Positions 9,544-19,411 are shown, numbered from the stretch's first letter. The stretch is 64,000 bases of DNA from Candidatus Fervidifonticultor secundus (GCA_031459385.1 JAVKIP010000001.1:96001-160000); one strand, 5' to 3'. The notes: a model not told the origin generated them from the sequence alone. Translations and numbers: made by a program.

Positions 9544-11097
9544 ATGCTGCGGACCCGGGCAGCGCTCGCGCTCCTCGTCGTCTGTGCGGCGACCAGCCTT
9601 CCCGCCGGCGCCATGGCGGAGCGGCCCGTGCGCGGCGGCGTGCTCCGCGTGGCCCACACCAGCGAGCCGCCGACCCTCGACCTGCACTGGACCACCGGTG
9701 CGCCCACCCAGGACGTCGCCATCCACCTCTTTGAGGGGCTCTTTGCGCTCTCGGCCCGCTATCAGGCGAAGCCTCTGCTGGTTGACCGCTGGAGCGTCAC
9801 CTCCGATCGTCGCACGTATACCTTCGTGCTCCGACGCGGGGTGGAGTTCCACCACGGCCGCGAGATGACCGCCGATGACGTGGTGGCGTCGTTGCAGCGC
9901 TGGGGGCGCGTGGCCGCCCGCGGGCGCGAGCTGTTCCGCGACGTCGTGGACCTGACGGCGGTCGACTCGGGAACCGTGCGCCTCCGGCTGCGCGAGGCCA
10001 ACGGCCTGGTGCCCCTGGCCCTGGCCATTCCCAGCCAGGGCGCGGTCGTCTACCCCCGCGAGGTGATCGACGAGGCCGGCGCCGGGCCGATCCGGCGTTT
10101 CATCGGCACCGGTCCCTACCGGTTCGTCGAGCACACCCCAGACGTGCGCATCCGCGTCGAGCGCTTCCAGCGCTACCGCCCACGCGACGATCCGCCCGAC
10201 GGGCAGGCCGGCCGGCGCGAACCCTACCTCGATGCCATCGAGTTCCTTCCGGTGCCTGACGCGTCCGTGCGCATCGCCGGCGTGCAGCGCGGCGACTACC
10301 ACTTCGCCCATTCGATCCCCACCGACGAGTACGCGCGGCTGCTCGGCGTGCGCGCGGTGCGCCCGCTGGTCATCACGACCCCGCAGTGGGCCGGGTTCGT
10401 GTTCAATCACCGGAGCCCGCTGACCGCGAACCGGGCGCTGCGGCGCGCCGTGGCCGCGGCGCTGGACGAGGCGGCGATCCTGCGCGGGGTCTACGGTCCC
10501 CGGCAGTTCTGGCGCGCGACGCCGTCGTTCTTCCCGCCCGGGCACCCCCTGTGGACGCCGGCCGGCGAGGAGGTTTACCGTGCGCGCGGGCCGGCGGCCG
10601 CCCGGCCCTGGCTGGAGGCAGCCGGCTACGGGGGCCAGCCGCTGCGGTGGATGGCCAGCAGCGAGATGCCGCACCACCTGACCGCGGCTACCATCGCGCG
10701 CAGCCAGCTCGAGCAGGCGGGCATCGCGGTAGACCTCCAGGTGATGGACTGGGCCACGCTGGTGGCGCGCCGCGGCCGGCCCGAGGGTTGGGACGTCTTC
10801 ACGACCACCTTCGGCTTCGTGCCCGACGCGGTCTTCCTGCTGCCGCTGCTGCCCTCGTGGCCGGGCTGGTACGAGGACCGGGAGATGGCGGCGCTGCTCC
10901 GGCTGCTGGTACGGCACACCGATCCCGCCGTGCGCGCCGCGCTGTGGGCGCGGGCGCAGGCGCGCTTCTACGACCAGGCGGTGGCGGTGCGGCTGGGCGA
11001 CTGGTTCCCCTTGCAGCTCCACCGCGCCGAACTGCAGGGCGTGGTCGGGGGGCCGGGGACGTACCACTGGAACGTGTGGCTGGCACGACATCCGTGA
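9544..11097 (+). CDS. Peptide/nickel-type (family 5) ABC substrate-binding protein, orphan
   Basis: Signal peptide, EPPTLD, FHHGREMTADDV and IGTGPY motifs; exact start uncertain. Confidence 0.87.
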   Translation: MLRTRAALALLVVCAATSLPAGAMAERPVRGGVLRVAHTSEPPTLDLHWTTGAPTQDVAIHLFEGLFALSARYQAKPLLVDRWSVTSDRRTYTFVLRRGVEFHHGREMTADDVVASLQRWGRVAARGRELFRDVVDLTAVDSGTVRLRLREANGLVPLALAIPSQGAVVYPREVIDEAGAGPIRRFIGTGPYRFVEHTPDVRIRVERFQRYRPRDDPPDGQAGRREPYLDAIEFLPVPDASVRIAGVQRGDYHFAHSIPTDEYARLLGVRAVRPLVITTPQWAGFVFNHRSPLTANRALRRAVAAALDEAAILRGVYGPRQFWRATPSFFPPGHPLWTPAGEEVYRARGPAAARPWLEAAGYGGQPLRWMASSEMPHHLTAATIARSQLEQAGIAVDLQVMDWATLVARRGRPEGWDVFTTTFGFVPDAVFLLPLLPSWPGWYEDREMAALLRLLVRHTDPAVRAALWARAQARFYDQAVAVRLGDWFPLQLHRAELQGVVGGPGTYHWNVWLARHP

Positions 11098-11187
11098 GGG
11101 CGGCCCGGGGCGGGGACGGTCTGGCGCGGGTACCTGCCGTCGCGGCACGCCCGGGGGACTCCGTCGACCGTGGGAGGAGGGATCCAG

Positions 11188-11835
11188 ATGCGACCCGACA
11201 TCGTGGCAGGCGCGCCGTTTCCCGACTACGAGCTGCCCGACCACACCGGCGCCCGGCGGCGCCTGTCGGAGCTCCAGGGGCGCGATCCGATGGTGCTCGT
11301 GCTGGCCCGCGGCCACTACTGCCCCAAGGACTTCCACCAGCTCAAGAGTTACGTGGCGTTCTACCCGGAGCTGCGCGTGGGCTACACGCGGCTCGTGACC
11401 ATCACCACCGACCACCTGGCCGAGCTCAACGAACTGCGCGACAAGCTGGGCGCCCCCTGGCCGTTTCTCGCCGACCCCATGCGCACGATCCAGAAGGATC
11501 TCGACATCCAGGAGTACACCGATCCCAGGCACGACCCCATGATCCCCTATACCTTCGTGCTGGCGCCGGGGCTGGTGATCTTCAAGATCTACAACGGCTA
11601 CTGGTACTGGGGCCGGCCCTCGCCGGAGGACCTGCGCCGCGACCTGCGCGAGCTGTTCCAGCAGATCCGCCCTGACTGGGACATCACCACGCCGGAGATG
11701 CGCGGCGCGTGGGCACGTGGGGAGCGCGAGCGGTTCTTCCCGTACCGGCCGGCGGCCGGCTCGTCCGCAGGCACCCCGGCCCCCGGCTCGTCCCCATCGG
11801 GCACCGGGACATCCAGTGCCCCGGGGCCGCGGTAG
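11188..11835 (+). CDS. Redoxin/AhpC-TSA domain protein (single Cys)
   Basis: FPDYELPDHTG, LARGHYCPKD, PFLADP; GGAGGAGG RBS before ATG 11188. Confidence 0.8.
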   Translation: MRPDIVAGAPFPDYELPDHTGARRRLSELQGRDPMVLVLARGHYCPKDFHQLKSYVAFYPELRVGYTRLVTITTDHLAELNELRDKLGAPWPFLADPMRTIQKDLDIQEYTDPRHDPMIPYTFVLAPGLVIFKIYNGYWYWGRPSPEDLRRDLRELFQQIRPDWDITTPEMRGAWARGERERFFPYRPAAGSSAGTPAPGSSPSGTGTSSAPGPR

Positions 11836-11856
11836 CAGCCACCACAGGGGCCGCCG

Positions 11857-12468
11857 TCACGGTGACGTCGGAGCGTCCAGCCGCAGCCAGCGCGCGGCAT
11901 CGCGCAGGGCGCCGGCCACCGCCGGATCGCCCCGCAGCTGCGCGAACGGGACCGGCGCCACGGGCGGGCTGCCGGCCTCGCGGAGGGAGCGCTGCCACCA
12001 GCCCACGTCGTGCCACCGGCCGAGCTTGAAGCCCACGGTGCGGTAGACCCCGACCGGTACGAACCCCATGGCCTCGTGGAGCCCCACGCTGGCGGGGTTG
12101 GGCAGCCCGATGCCCGCGAAGGCGTTGTAGAAGCCCTGCAGGCGCAGGATCTCCAGCAGGGCCGCGTAGAGCGCGCGGCCCACACCACGGCGCCGGGCGG
12201 CGGCAGCGACGTAGATCGAGACGTCCACCGACCACTGGTACGCCGCGCGCGTCCGGTGCGGGCCCGCGTAAGCATACCCCAGGACCGCGCCGCCTGGCGC
12301 GCACACGATCCACGGGTAGCGCGCGAGCGTGGTCCGGATGCGGTGGGCCATCTCCGCCACCGACGGCGGCTCGATCTCGAACGAGATCGCCGTTTCGCGG
12401 ACGATCGGCGCGTAGATCGCGCAGATCGCCGGCGCGTCCTCACGGGTGGCGATGCGCAGAGGGGTCAT
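11857..12468 (-). CDS. GNAT N-acetyltransferase (phosphinothricin/ArsN1-like)
   Basis: ISFEIEPP, RAAYQWSVDVSIYV, PNPASVGLHEAMGF, VGFKLGRWHDVGWWQ. Confidence 0.88.
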   Translation of the reverse strand: MTPLRIATREDAPAICAIYAPIVRETAISFEIEPPSVAEMAHRIRTTLARYPWIVCAPGGAVLGYAYAGPHRTRAAYQWSVDVSIYVAAAARRRGVGRALYAALLEILRLQGFYNAFAGIGLPNPASVGLHEAMGFVPVGVYRTVGFKLGRWHDVGWWQRSLREAGSPPVAPVPFAQLRGDPAVAGALRDAARWLRLDAPTSP

Positions 12469-12510
12469 GGCTGTGCGCTCTGTCCCGCGCCGCCCCCAAG
12501 ATCCCCGGTC

Positions 12511-12538
12511 TTGACAGGCGCGCACGTCATGCTATTAT
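12511..12538 (+). promoter_or_regulatory. Sigma70/SigA-type promoter for amt-glnK
   Basis: TTGACA-16 nt-TATTAT with extended TG. Confidence 0.7.
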
Positions 12539-12544
12539 CCCTTC

Positions 12545-12749
12545 CAAACTGACAGACCATGTTCCTCGGGCCGCGACGCCCGCGCCGGATGTGCTGGCGC
12601 GGGCGTTGTGCGTTCAAGGGGAGTCGTGGTGGTCCTGCGCGCCCGGGCCGCGATGCCCTCCTGGACCCGGGCGCTGCTGTGTCCGAGGTCAGTGTGGCCC
12701 TGGCGCAGGGTCAGTTCCTGCGCTGTGGCAGCGACGCGGAGGTGGCACG
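12545..12749 (+). ncRNA. Candidate structured 5' leader of amt-glnK
   Basis: About 200 nt between promoter and start with three strong hairpins and alternative long-range pairings. Confidence 0.45.
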
Positions 12750-14039
12750 ATGGCGATCCAACCCGCGGATACCGCATGGATGCTGGTGGCGACGGCCCTG
12801 GTGCTGCTCATGACGCCCGCCCTGGGGTTCTTCTACGGCGGCCTGGTCCGCGCCAAGAACGCCCTCAACACGCTGATGATGAGCGTCGTCGCCCTGGGTG
12901 TCGTAGGCGTGGCCTGGGCTCTGTTGGGGTACTCGCTGGCCTTTGCCGAGGGCGGCCCGTGGCTGGGCGGGGTCTCCAGAGCGTTCCTGCGCGGCGTAGG
13001 CCTCGAGCCCCAGGGCACGATTCCCCAGCTGCTCTTCATGGCCTACCAGGGCACCTTCGCCATCATCACGGCTGCGCTGATCTCCGGCGCCATCGTGGAG
13101 CGCATGCAGTTCCGCGCGTACGTGGCGTTCCTGGCGCTGTGGGCGCTGGTGGTCTACGCGCCGGTTGCCCACTGGGTCTGGGGCGGCGGGTGGCTGGCGC
13201 GGCTGGGGGCGCTCGACTTCGCCGGCGGGACGGTGGTGCACGTCAACGCCGGCGCGGCCGCCGCGGTGGCGGCGCTCGTGCTGGGTGCGCGCAAGGACTA
13301 TGCGCGCCAGGCCATCCTGCCCCACCACGTGCCGTTCACGCTGCTCGGCGCCGGCCTGCTGTGGTTTGGCTGGTTCGGCTTCAACGGCGGCAGCGCCCTG
13401 GCGGCCAACGCCAGCGCGGCGCTGGCCTTCGTCAACACCATGCTGGCGCCGGCGGCCACGCTGGTGGTCTGGACGCTCCTCGACCTGGCCCGCACCGGAC
13501 GCGCCACGGCGGTTGGCGCGGCCACGGCGATCGTCGTGGGCCTGGTGGCGATCACGCCGGCCGCGGGCTTCGTCGGGCCGATGGCCGCGCTGGCAGTGGG
13601 CGCGGTCGCGGCGGTTCCCAGCTACGGCGTGATCCTCTGGCGCGCGCGGACGCGTTTCGACGACTCGCTCGATGTGCTGGCCGCGCACGGCGTGGGCGGC
13701 ACCGTGGGTGCGCTGCTGACCGGCGTGCTGGCCCAGAAGGTCTGGAGCGGGGCTGCGGACGGGCTGCTGTTCGGCAACCCGCTGCAGCTCGGCGTGCAGG
13801 CGGTGGCGGTGGTGGCGGCCGCAGCCTACAGCGCCGCGGGGACCCTGGTACTGCTGAAGCTGGTGGGGACGGTGCTGCCGCTGCGTGTCGCGGATCCGGG
13901 TGAAGAAGGCCTGGGGCTCGACGTCAGCCAGCACGGCGAGGAGGCGTACACGACCGGAGAGGGCGCGATCCTGGTGCTGTCCGAACCGGCGCCGCCCTCG
14001 CCGGCCCCGGCGCCGTCGCCGGCGGGGAGCCAGGCATGA
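12750..14039 (+). CDS. amt: Ammonium transporter
   Basis: DTAWML, FYGGLVR.KN, DFAGGTVVH, WFGWFGFNGGS, DDSLDV..HG. Confidence 0.96.
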   Translation: MAIQPADTAWMLVATALVLLMTPALGFFYGGLVRAKNALNTLMMSVVALGVVGVAWALLGYSLAFAEGGPWLGGVSRAFLRGVGLEPQGTIPQLLFMAYQGTFAIITAALISGAIVERMQFRAYVAFLALWALVVYAPVAHWVWGGGWLARLGALDFAGGTVVHVNAGAAAAVAALVLGARKDYARQAILPHHVPFTLLGAGLLWFGWFGFNGGSALAANASAALAFVNTMLAPAATLVVWTLLDLARTGRATAVGAATAIVVGLVAITPAAGFVGPMAALAVGAVAAVPSYGVILWRARTRFDDSLDVLAAHGVGGTVGALLTGVLAQKVWSGAADGLLFGNPLQLGVQAVAVVAAAAYSAAGTLVLLKLVGTVLPLRVADPGEEGLGLDVSQHGEEAYTTGEGAILVLSEPAPPSPAPAPSPAGSQA

Positions 14040-14395
14040 AGCTGGTCGTCGCCATCGTGCGTCCCGAAAAGCTGAACGCGGTCTTGGAAGCCCTCTTCCA
14101 CGCCGAGGTCAGGGGGGTGACCATCAGCCGCGTGCAGGGCCACGGCGGGGAGATCGAGCGGGTCCAGACCTACCGTGGCACGACGGTGAAGATGGAGCTG
14201 TCGGAGAAGGTGCGGCTTGAGATCGGGGTCTCCGATCACTTCGTCGAGCCCACGGTACGGGCGATCCTGACCGCCGGCCGCACCGGCGCGGTGGGGGACG
14301 GGAAGATCTTCGTGCTGCCCGTGGAGCGAGTCTACCGCATCCGCACGGGCGAGCAGGACGAGGCCGCCGTGACGCCGGTGGCGCCGGTGAGCTGA
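14036..14395 (+). CDS. glnK: P-II nitrogen regulator
   Basis: MKLVVAIVRPEKL and TG.VGDGKIFVLPVE...RIRTGE; ATGA overlap with amt. Confidence 0.93.
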   Translation: MKLVVAIVRPEKLNAVLEALFHAEVRGVTISRVQGHGGEIERVQTYRGTTVKMELSEKVRLEIGVSDHFVEPTVRAILTAGRTGAVGDGKIFVLPVERVYRIRTGEQDEAAVTPVAPVS

Positions 14396-14546
14396 CGTCC
14401 GGAGGCACAGCCGGCACGCGACCGGCCCCGGCCCAGGGAAGACGTTTTCCGCCGCCAGACCGGCTGCCTTGGAGAGCGCGATTCCCCCGGCAGCGCGTGG
14501 GGTCAGGGGGCGACTGACGAGGCGATCGGCCCGTCATGTTGGCCTG

Positions 14547-15419
14547 TCACACTGATAGTTTCGGATCCAGGAAGTCGCGTAGACCGTCGCCCAGCAGGTT
14601 GAACCCGAGCACCGTCAGGAATATAGCCCCCCCGGGGAAGGTCGGATACCACCAGTGCTCCAACATGAAGTTGCGCCCGGTGGTAATCATCGAGCCCCAC
14701 TCGGGTGTGGGCGGCTGCGCACCCAGGCCGAGGAACGAGAGCGCAGCGGCCAGCAGGATCGCGGTGCCAATGTCCAGCGTGATCTTGATGATGAGCGGGC
14801 TGACGATGTTCGGTGCCACGTGGCCCAGCATGATACGGGCCTCGGGGACCCCGGTCGCCCGTGCCGCCTCTACGTAGACCTGCTCCTTTGCGGCGACCAC
14901 CAAGATGCGCACCAGCCGCGCGTATTGCGGCCACCAGACGATGGCCAGCGCCAGCAACGCGTGCATCAGGCTAGGGCCCATGACGGCTACCAGCGCCATG
15001 GCCATGACCAGCGCGGGAAACGCCAGGAAGATGTCGGCCAGACGCATGATCACCTCATCCGCTGTCCCGCCCACGTAGCCCGCCAGCGCGCCTAGCGCGC
15101 CACCGAGCCCTGTGGCGAGCAGTACGGCAAACAGGCCGCTACTGACCGAGAGCCTGGTGCCGTGCAGCACGCGGCTGAACATGTCGCGGCCGAGCTCGTC
15201 GGTCCCGAAGGGATGGGCTGGCCCGGGGGGCGCGAGTCGCCGGGTGCCATCCACCCTCAGCGGGTCCTCGGACGTCAAGAGCCCCGGCGCGATGGCGACA
15301 AAGAGGATGAGTCCGGTGATCAACGCGCCGGTCAGAAACGAAGGATCGCGCAAGAGGCGCGTCCAGTGGCGGCCGAACCGGGGCCGGACTTGCAGCACCG
15401 TCGCTTCCAGCGTGCTCAC
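14547..15419 (-). CDS. Peptide ABC permease (DppC/OppC-like)
   Basis: HPFGTDELGRD, LSFLGLG.QPP.PEWG, NLLGDGLRD. Confidence 0.92.
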   Translation of the reverse strand: MSTLEATVLQVRPRFGRHWTRLLRDPSFLTGALITGLILFVAIAPGLLTSEDPLRVDGTRRLAPPGPAHPFGTDELGRDMFSRVLHGTRLSVSSGLFAVLLATGLGGALGALAGYVGGTADEVIMRLADIFLAFPALVMAMALVAVMGPSLMHALLALAIVWWPQYARLVRILVVAAKEQVYVEAARATGVPEARIMLGHVAPNIVSPLIIKITLDIGTAILLAAALSFLGLGAQPPTPEWGSMITTGRNFMLEHWWYPTFPGGAIFLTVLGFNLLGDGLRDFLDPKLSV

Positions 15420-16420
15420 CGTTTGAGTCTCGGGTCGAGGGCGAAGGAGACGAGATCGGTGAAGAGGTTCACCATGGCGTACAGCATCGACGCGATCACG
15501 GCGAAGCCGATGATCACCGGGAAGTCGGAGAACTCGATGGCCTTGTAGGCGTACGTCCCGATGCCCGGCCAGGCGAAGACTGCCTCGGTCAGTACGGCGC
15601 CGGCGAAGACGGCGCCCAGGCGCAACCCGAAGACCGTCACGATGGGCAGCGAGGCATTGCGCAGTGCGTGCACCATAACGACCCGTCGCTCGGGCAGCCC
15701 CTTGCTACGCGCGGTGCGGACGTAGTCCTGGCTCAGACTCTCGAGCATGCTGCTGCGGGTGATGCGTGCCAGGATGGCCACCGTCAGGAAGCTGAGCGAG
15801 AGCCCCGGCAGGATGAGGTGCACCACCGCGTTCCAGGCCGTGGTCCAGTGGCCGGCCAGCAGGGCGTCGACGGTGTAGAATCCGGTGATCGATGGCGGCG
15901 CCGGTACGCCTGGTCCCAAGCGACCACCCACAGGCAGCCAGCCGAGCCGACGGTAGAAGACGAGCTGCAGCATCAGCCCGTACCAAAAGATCGGCATGGC
16001 CGCGCCCGCCACGCTGATGACACGGCTGAGATGATCGATCACCCGGCCGCAGTGGACAGCGGAAAGCACGCCCAGCCCGATCCCAAGCACCAGGCTGAAC
16101 ACGACGCTGGCCAGGCTCAGCTCGATTGTGGCTGGCAGGAACGTCAGGATCTCTCTCAAGACCGGTTTGTTGGACATGAAGGAGCGGCCCAGATCGCCAC
16201 GCACCAGGGCCCGCATGTAGAGGTAGTACTGCTCCCATAGCGGCCGGTCGAGGCCCAGGTCGCGTCGCACCTTCTCCAGCGTCGCCCTGGTGGCGTAGTC
16301 GCCGGCCACCAGCCGCGCCGGGTCCTGGGGGACGACGTGCGTGACCAGAAAGATGAAGAGTGACATCCCCACCAGGGTGAGGAGCATGAAGGCCAGCCGG
16401 CGGAGGATCAGCAGGCCCAT
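15416..16420 (-). CDS. Peptide ABC permease (DppB/OppB-like)
   Basis: LGLDRPL, GDLGRS, DYVRTARSKGL, HALRN; start at MGLLILRR. Confidence 0.92.
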   Translation of the reverse strand: MGLLILRRLAFMLLTLVGMSLFIFLVTHVVPQDPARLVAGDYATRATLEKVRRDLGLDRPLWEQYYLYMRALVRGDLGRSFMSNKPVLREILTFLPATIELSLASVVFSLVLGIGLGVLSAVHCGRVIDHLSRVISVAGAAMPIFWYGLMLQLVFYRRLGWLPVGGRLGPGVPAPPSITGFYTVDALLAGHWTTAWNAVVHLILPGLSLSFLTVAILARITRSSMLESLSQDYVRTARSKGLPERRVVMVHALRNASLPIVTVFGLRLGAVFAGAVLTEAVFAWPGIGTYAYKAIEFSDFPVIIGFAVIASMLYAMVNLFTDLVSFALDPRLKR

Positions 16421-16515
16421 GGCCCGGGGACGCTGCTCAACGGGAGGACGCGTGGTTGGTCGGCAGGCACCCCCGCCCGTGCGGCGAGCGGGCGTACCGC
16501 CACGCCTGCACTTCC

Positions 16516-18090
16516 CTATTCGCGCCACATGTGGTGAAAGGGGATGCGCCAGTCAAGCTTGTCGAAGTAGAACCCGCGGACATCCTTGCGCATCGGCAAG
16601 CGCATCATGACACGGCCCACGAAAATGTCCGGTGCCTCGTCCGCGATCATCTGGCAGACTTTCTTGTAGACCTCTATGCGCGCCTTGAGGGATGGCAGCC
16701 AGGTGGCCTGATCGATTAGCCGGTCCACCTCGGGGTTGTTGTAGTACATCATGTTCCGGCCAGCACCGCCGATGGCGTCGGATCGATACATGAAGTTCAG
16801 GTAGGCGTGCGCGTCGGCGTAGCGCACACCCCAGAGCTGGCCGTACGAGTTCTCCATGGTGGCGGGGTCGCGCGTGTCCTTCCAGGCCACTAGCTTCGCG
16901 AACATCGTCGGCCAGGTCTGGGTGCGGATGTCTAGTGTGATGCCGAGCTGCCGCAGGTTGCTCTGCCAGATTTCGGCCGCACGCCGTTCCCACTCGACGC
17001 CGGTCGGATACAGGAACGTCATGCGGAACGGGCCAACGCCGGCCTCCTGGAGGAGTTGCCGCGCGCGCGCCATGTTGAGCTCGTTGATGAGGCCGCTGGG
17101 CTTCCAGCCGCCCATGAACTCCGACACGCATGGGCCGTCGGAGGGGCCGAAGGCGTCCTCAATTTGGTAGAAGAGGCGGTAGTCGAATGCATACGCCAGC
17201 GCCTTGCGTACCCGCGCGTCGGTCGTCGGGCCGGCGGCCATATTCAAGCGGATATAGAACTGGTTGGTCGAGGGTGTTTCATGAATTACGAGGTCAGGGT
17301 TGCGCTTCATGGCCCGGACGTCGTCCGAACTGAAGAGCCGGATGGCATCCAGTTCGCCACGTTCCAGCATCAGGCGTTGCGTGGTGGCCTCGCTGATCTC
17401 CCACTGGACGATGCGGCGGAAGTGCTTCGCCTGCCAGCCGCCCCAGTACCCCTCGTACTTCTCCAGGAAGACCTTGTCGCCCGGAATGCGCTGCGTGACC
17501 CGGTAGGGGCCGGTCCCGTTGGCGTTGTCGGCGTACCAGTCGGCGGCGTAGTCCCCGGGCCGCCGTTCGTTCTTTTTCACGTGCGACGGCGACACGATGA
17601 ACAAGCTGTCCAGCCACGAGAGGAAAAGCGCGTTGGGCTGTTTCAGGGTGAAGCGGACGGTGAACGGATCGACGATCTCGAATCGCTCGACGTCCTCCAA
17701 CACCCAGCCCGCCCCTACCTTGAAGTGCTGCGCGCGCTCAATGGAGAACTTGACAGCCTCGGCGGTGAAGTCGCTTCCGTCGTGGAACTTTACGCCCTGC
17801 CGCAGCCTCACGGTGTACACTTTCGCGTTTGGCGAGACCCGCCAGGACACCGCCAACCGTGGCTCGGGCTCGCTGCTGCCCCGCTTGCGTCCCACGAGCA
17901 CGTCGTAGACGTAGGCGAGCAGATACTGGTCCCAGCCCGAGGTGATGCGGTGCGGGTCCAAGCTCGCCACTTTGGTGATGGTGGCGAAGTTGAACGTGTC
18001 GCGGGCGGGCGCGCCGATAGCCGCCGGCCAGGCCGTGAGAAGCCCGAGCCCCGCGACCAAGGCTCCCAGCACAGTCACCCAGCGTCTCAC
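16516..18090 (-). CDS. Peptide ABC substrate-binding protein (family 5)
   Basis: Signal peptide, LRQGVKFHDG, NGTGPY, VRKALAYAFD. Confidence 0.9.
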   Translation of the reverse strand: MRRWVTVLGALVAGLGLLTAWPAAIGAPARDTFNFATITKVASLDPHRITSGWDQYLLAYVYDVLVGRKRGSSEPEPRLAVSWRVSPNAKVYTVRLRQGVKFHDGSDFTAEAVKFSIERAQHFKVGAGWVLEDVERFEIVDPFTVRFTLKQPNALFLSWLDSLFIVSPSHVKKNERRPGDYAADWYADNANGTGPYRVTQRIPGDKVFLEKYEGYWGGWQAKHFRRIVQWEISEATTQRLMLERGELDAIRLFSSDDVRAMKRNPDLVIHETPSTNQFYIRLNMAAGPTTDARVRKALAYAFDYRLFYQIEDAFGPSDGPCVSEFMGGWKPSGLINELNMARARQLLQEAGVGPFRMTFLYPTGVEWERRAAEIWQSNLRQLGITLDIRTQTWPTMFAKLVAWKDTRDPATMENSYGQLWGVRYADAHAYLNFMYRSDAIGGAGRNMMYYNNPEVDRLIDQATWLPSLKARIEVYKKVCQMIADEAPDIFVGRVMMRLPMRKDVRGFYFDKLDWRIPFHHMWRE

Positions 18091-18126
18091 GGTGATCCCT
18101 CCACTTCGTGTCGGTCTGCTGTCTTG

Positions 18127-19236
18127 TTATTGGACCACGAACAGGTCGCTCCAGTCCGCGCTCTGGGACAAGATCCGGCAGCCACCATCCTGGACTACCA
18201 CGGTGTCCTCGATGTGGTAGAGCTCGCTTCCCCGGAAGTGGCTGTATTCGATGCACAGGACCATGTTGCGATCCAAGACGGCGGGGTTGTGCGGCGTGAT
18301 CATGGGGTTTTCGTGAATGCCCAAACCCAGGCTGTGCCCGATATGGACCCTCTCGACGTGCACCCCGAGCCGCTTCGCCGACTGCTCGTAGACGCCATAC
18401 AGCGTCCGAACTTCGACGCCCGCGCGCACCGCGCCCAGCACCGTCTGGTGAACGTCCCACAAGCGCCGGTACGTGTCGCGCTGCTCGGGCGCGGCTTTCC
18501 CAACGACGACCGTGCGCGCCAGGTCCGAGAAATACCCGGCTTTCATGCCACCGACGTCCACGCGGCAGATATCGCCGGGGGCGAGACGGTACGAGGACGG
18601 GAGACCATGGATGAACTGGGCATTCGGCCCCGCCCCCAGCAGCACCGGTCCGCGCATCTCGTCGGCACCGTATTCGAAGTGCTTCTCGCGGATCACGCTG
18701 GCCACGTCCCGTTCCGTGTCTCCGGGCTTCGCCTGCGCGAACGCCGCTCGCATGGCCCGGTCAGTGATCATGGCAATCTCGCCCAGGCGGGCGACCTCGT
18801 CGTCGGTTTTGATCATCCGGAGCCGCTCGAACACCCCATCGGCCGGCACCAGGGTGGCGCCCGGCAGGCGATCGCGCATCTGCGCGTAGTAGTGTGCAGT
18901 GAGGAACTTCGTCTCGATGCCGATCCGGGCGCGGTCCAAGCCTTTCTCCCGGATGACGGCCGCCAGTACGTCGATGGGTGACTCGCGGAACTCGTGGTAG
19001 GTGCGGATGTCAGAGATCCGACTCTCCTGACGCGTAAGCCGTTCTTCGATCACGCAGATGACGAACGCCGGATCGCCAGCGCGCGGCCACAGGACCAGCG
19101 CGATGCGCTCGGGCAGCAGTCGTTGCGTCAAGATATAGGCGCCGGAGAGATACTGGGTGTTCTCGGGCGAGGCGGCAGCCACCGCGTCCAGCTCTGCCTC
19201 GGCCAGTGCCGCCTGCAGGCGGTGCAGATCGACCAT
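18127..19236 (-). CDS. Xaa-Pro peptidase (M24B)/creatinase family protein
   Basis: LRMIKT..E; candidate metal ligands in VDVGG, SDLART, GHSLG, CIEY and HIEDT; start may be 19236 or 19332. Confidence 0.87.
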   Translation of the reverse strand: MVDLHRLQAALAEAELDAVAAASPENTQYLSGAYILTQRLLPERIALVLWPRAGDPAFVICVIEERLTRQESRISDIRTYHEFRESPIDVLAAVIREKGLDRARIGIETKFLTAHYYAQMRDRLPGATLVPADGVFERLRMIKTDDEVARLGEIAMITDRAMRAAFAQAKPGDTERDVASVIREKHFEYGADEMRGPVLLGAGPNAQFIHGLPSSYRLAPGDICRVDVGGMKAGYFSDLARTVVVGKAAPEQRDTYRRLWDVHQTVLGAVRAGVEVRTLYGVYEQSAKRLGVHVERVHIGHSLGLGIHENPMITPHNPAVLDRNMVLCIEYSHFRGSELYHIEDTVVVQDGGCRILSQSADWSDLFVVQ

Positions 19237-19364
19237 GGTCCACGTGTCCTTGGGGTGAAAAGTTTTTGTATGTATTCGGTTGAGCTGGGAGGCCTCCTCC
19301 CCGTGTAACGGAATGGGGAGATGCCGCTGCATCTGGACAGGACATGTGGATGGGGGGTGGCGGG

Positions 19365-19393
19365 TTGCCCTCCGCGCGGCGGAATGCTAGCAT
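19365..19393 (+). promoter_or_regulatory. SigA-type promoter for the T-box leader
   Basis: TTGCCC-17 nt-TAGCAT with extended TG. Confidence 0.6.
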
Positions 19394-19411
19394 TAGTGTC
19401 AACACGGGAAG

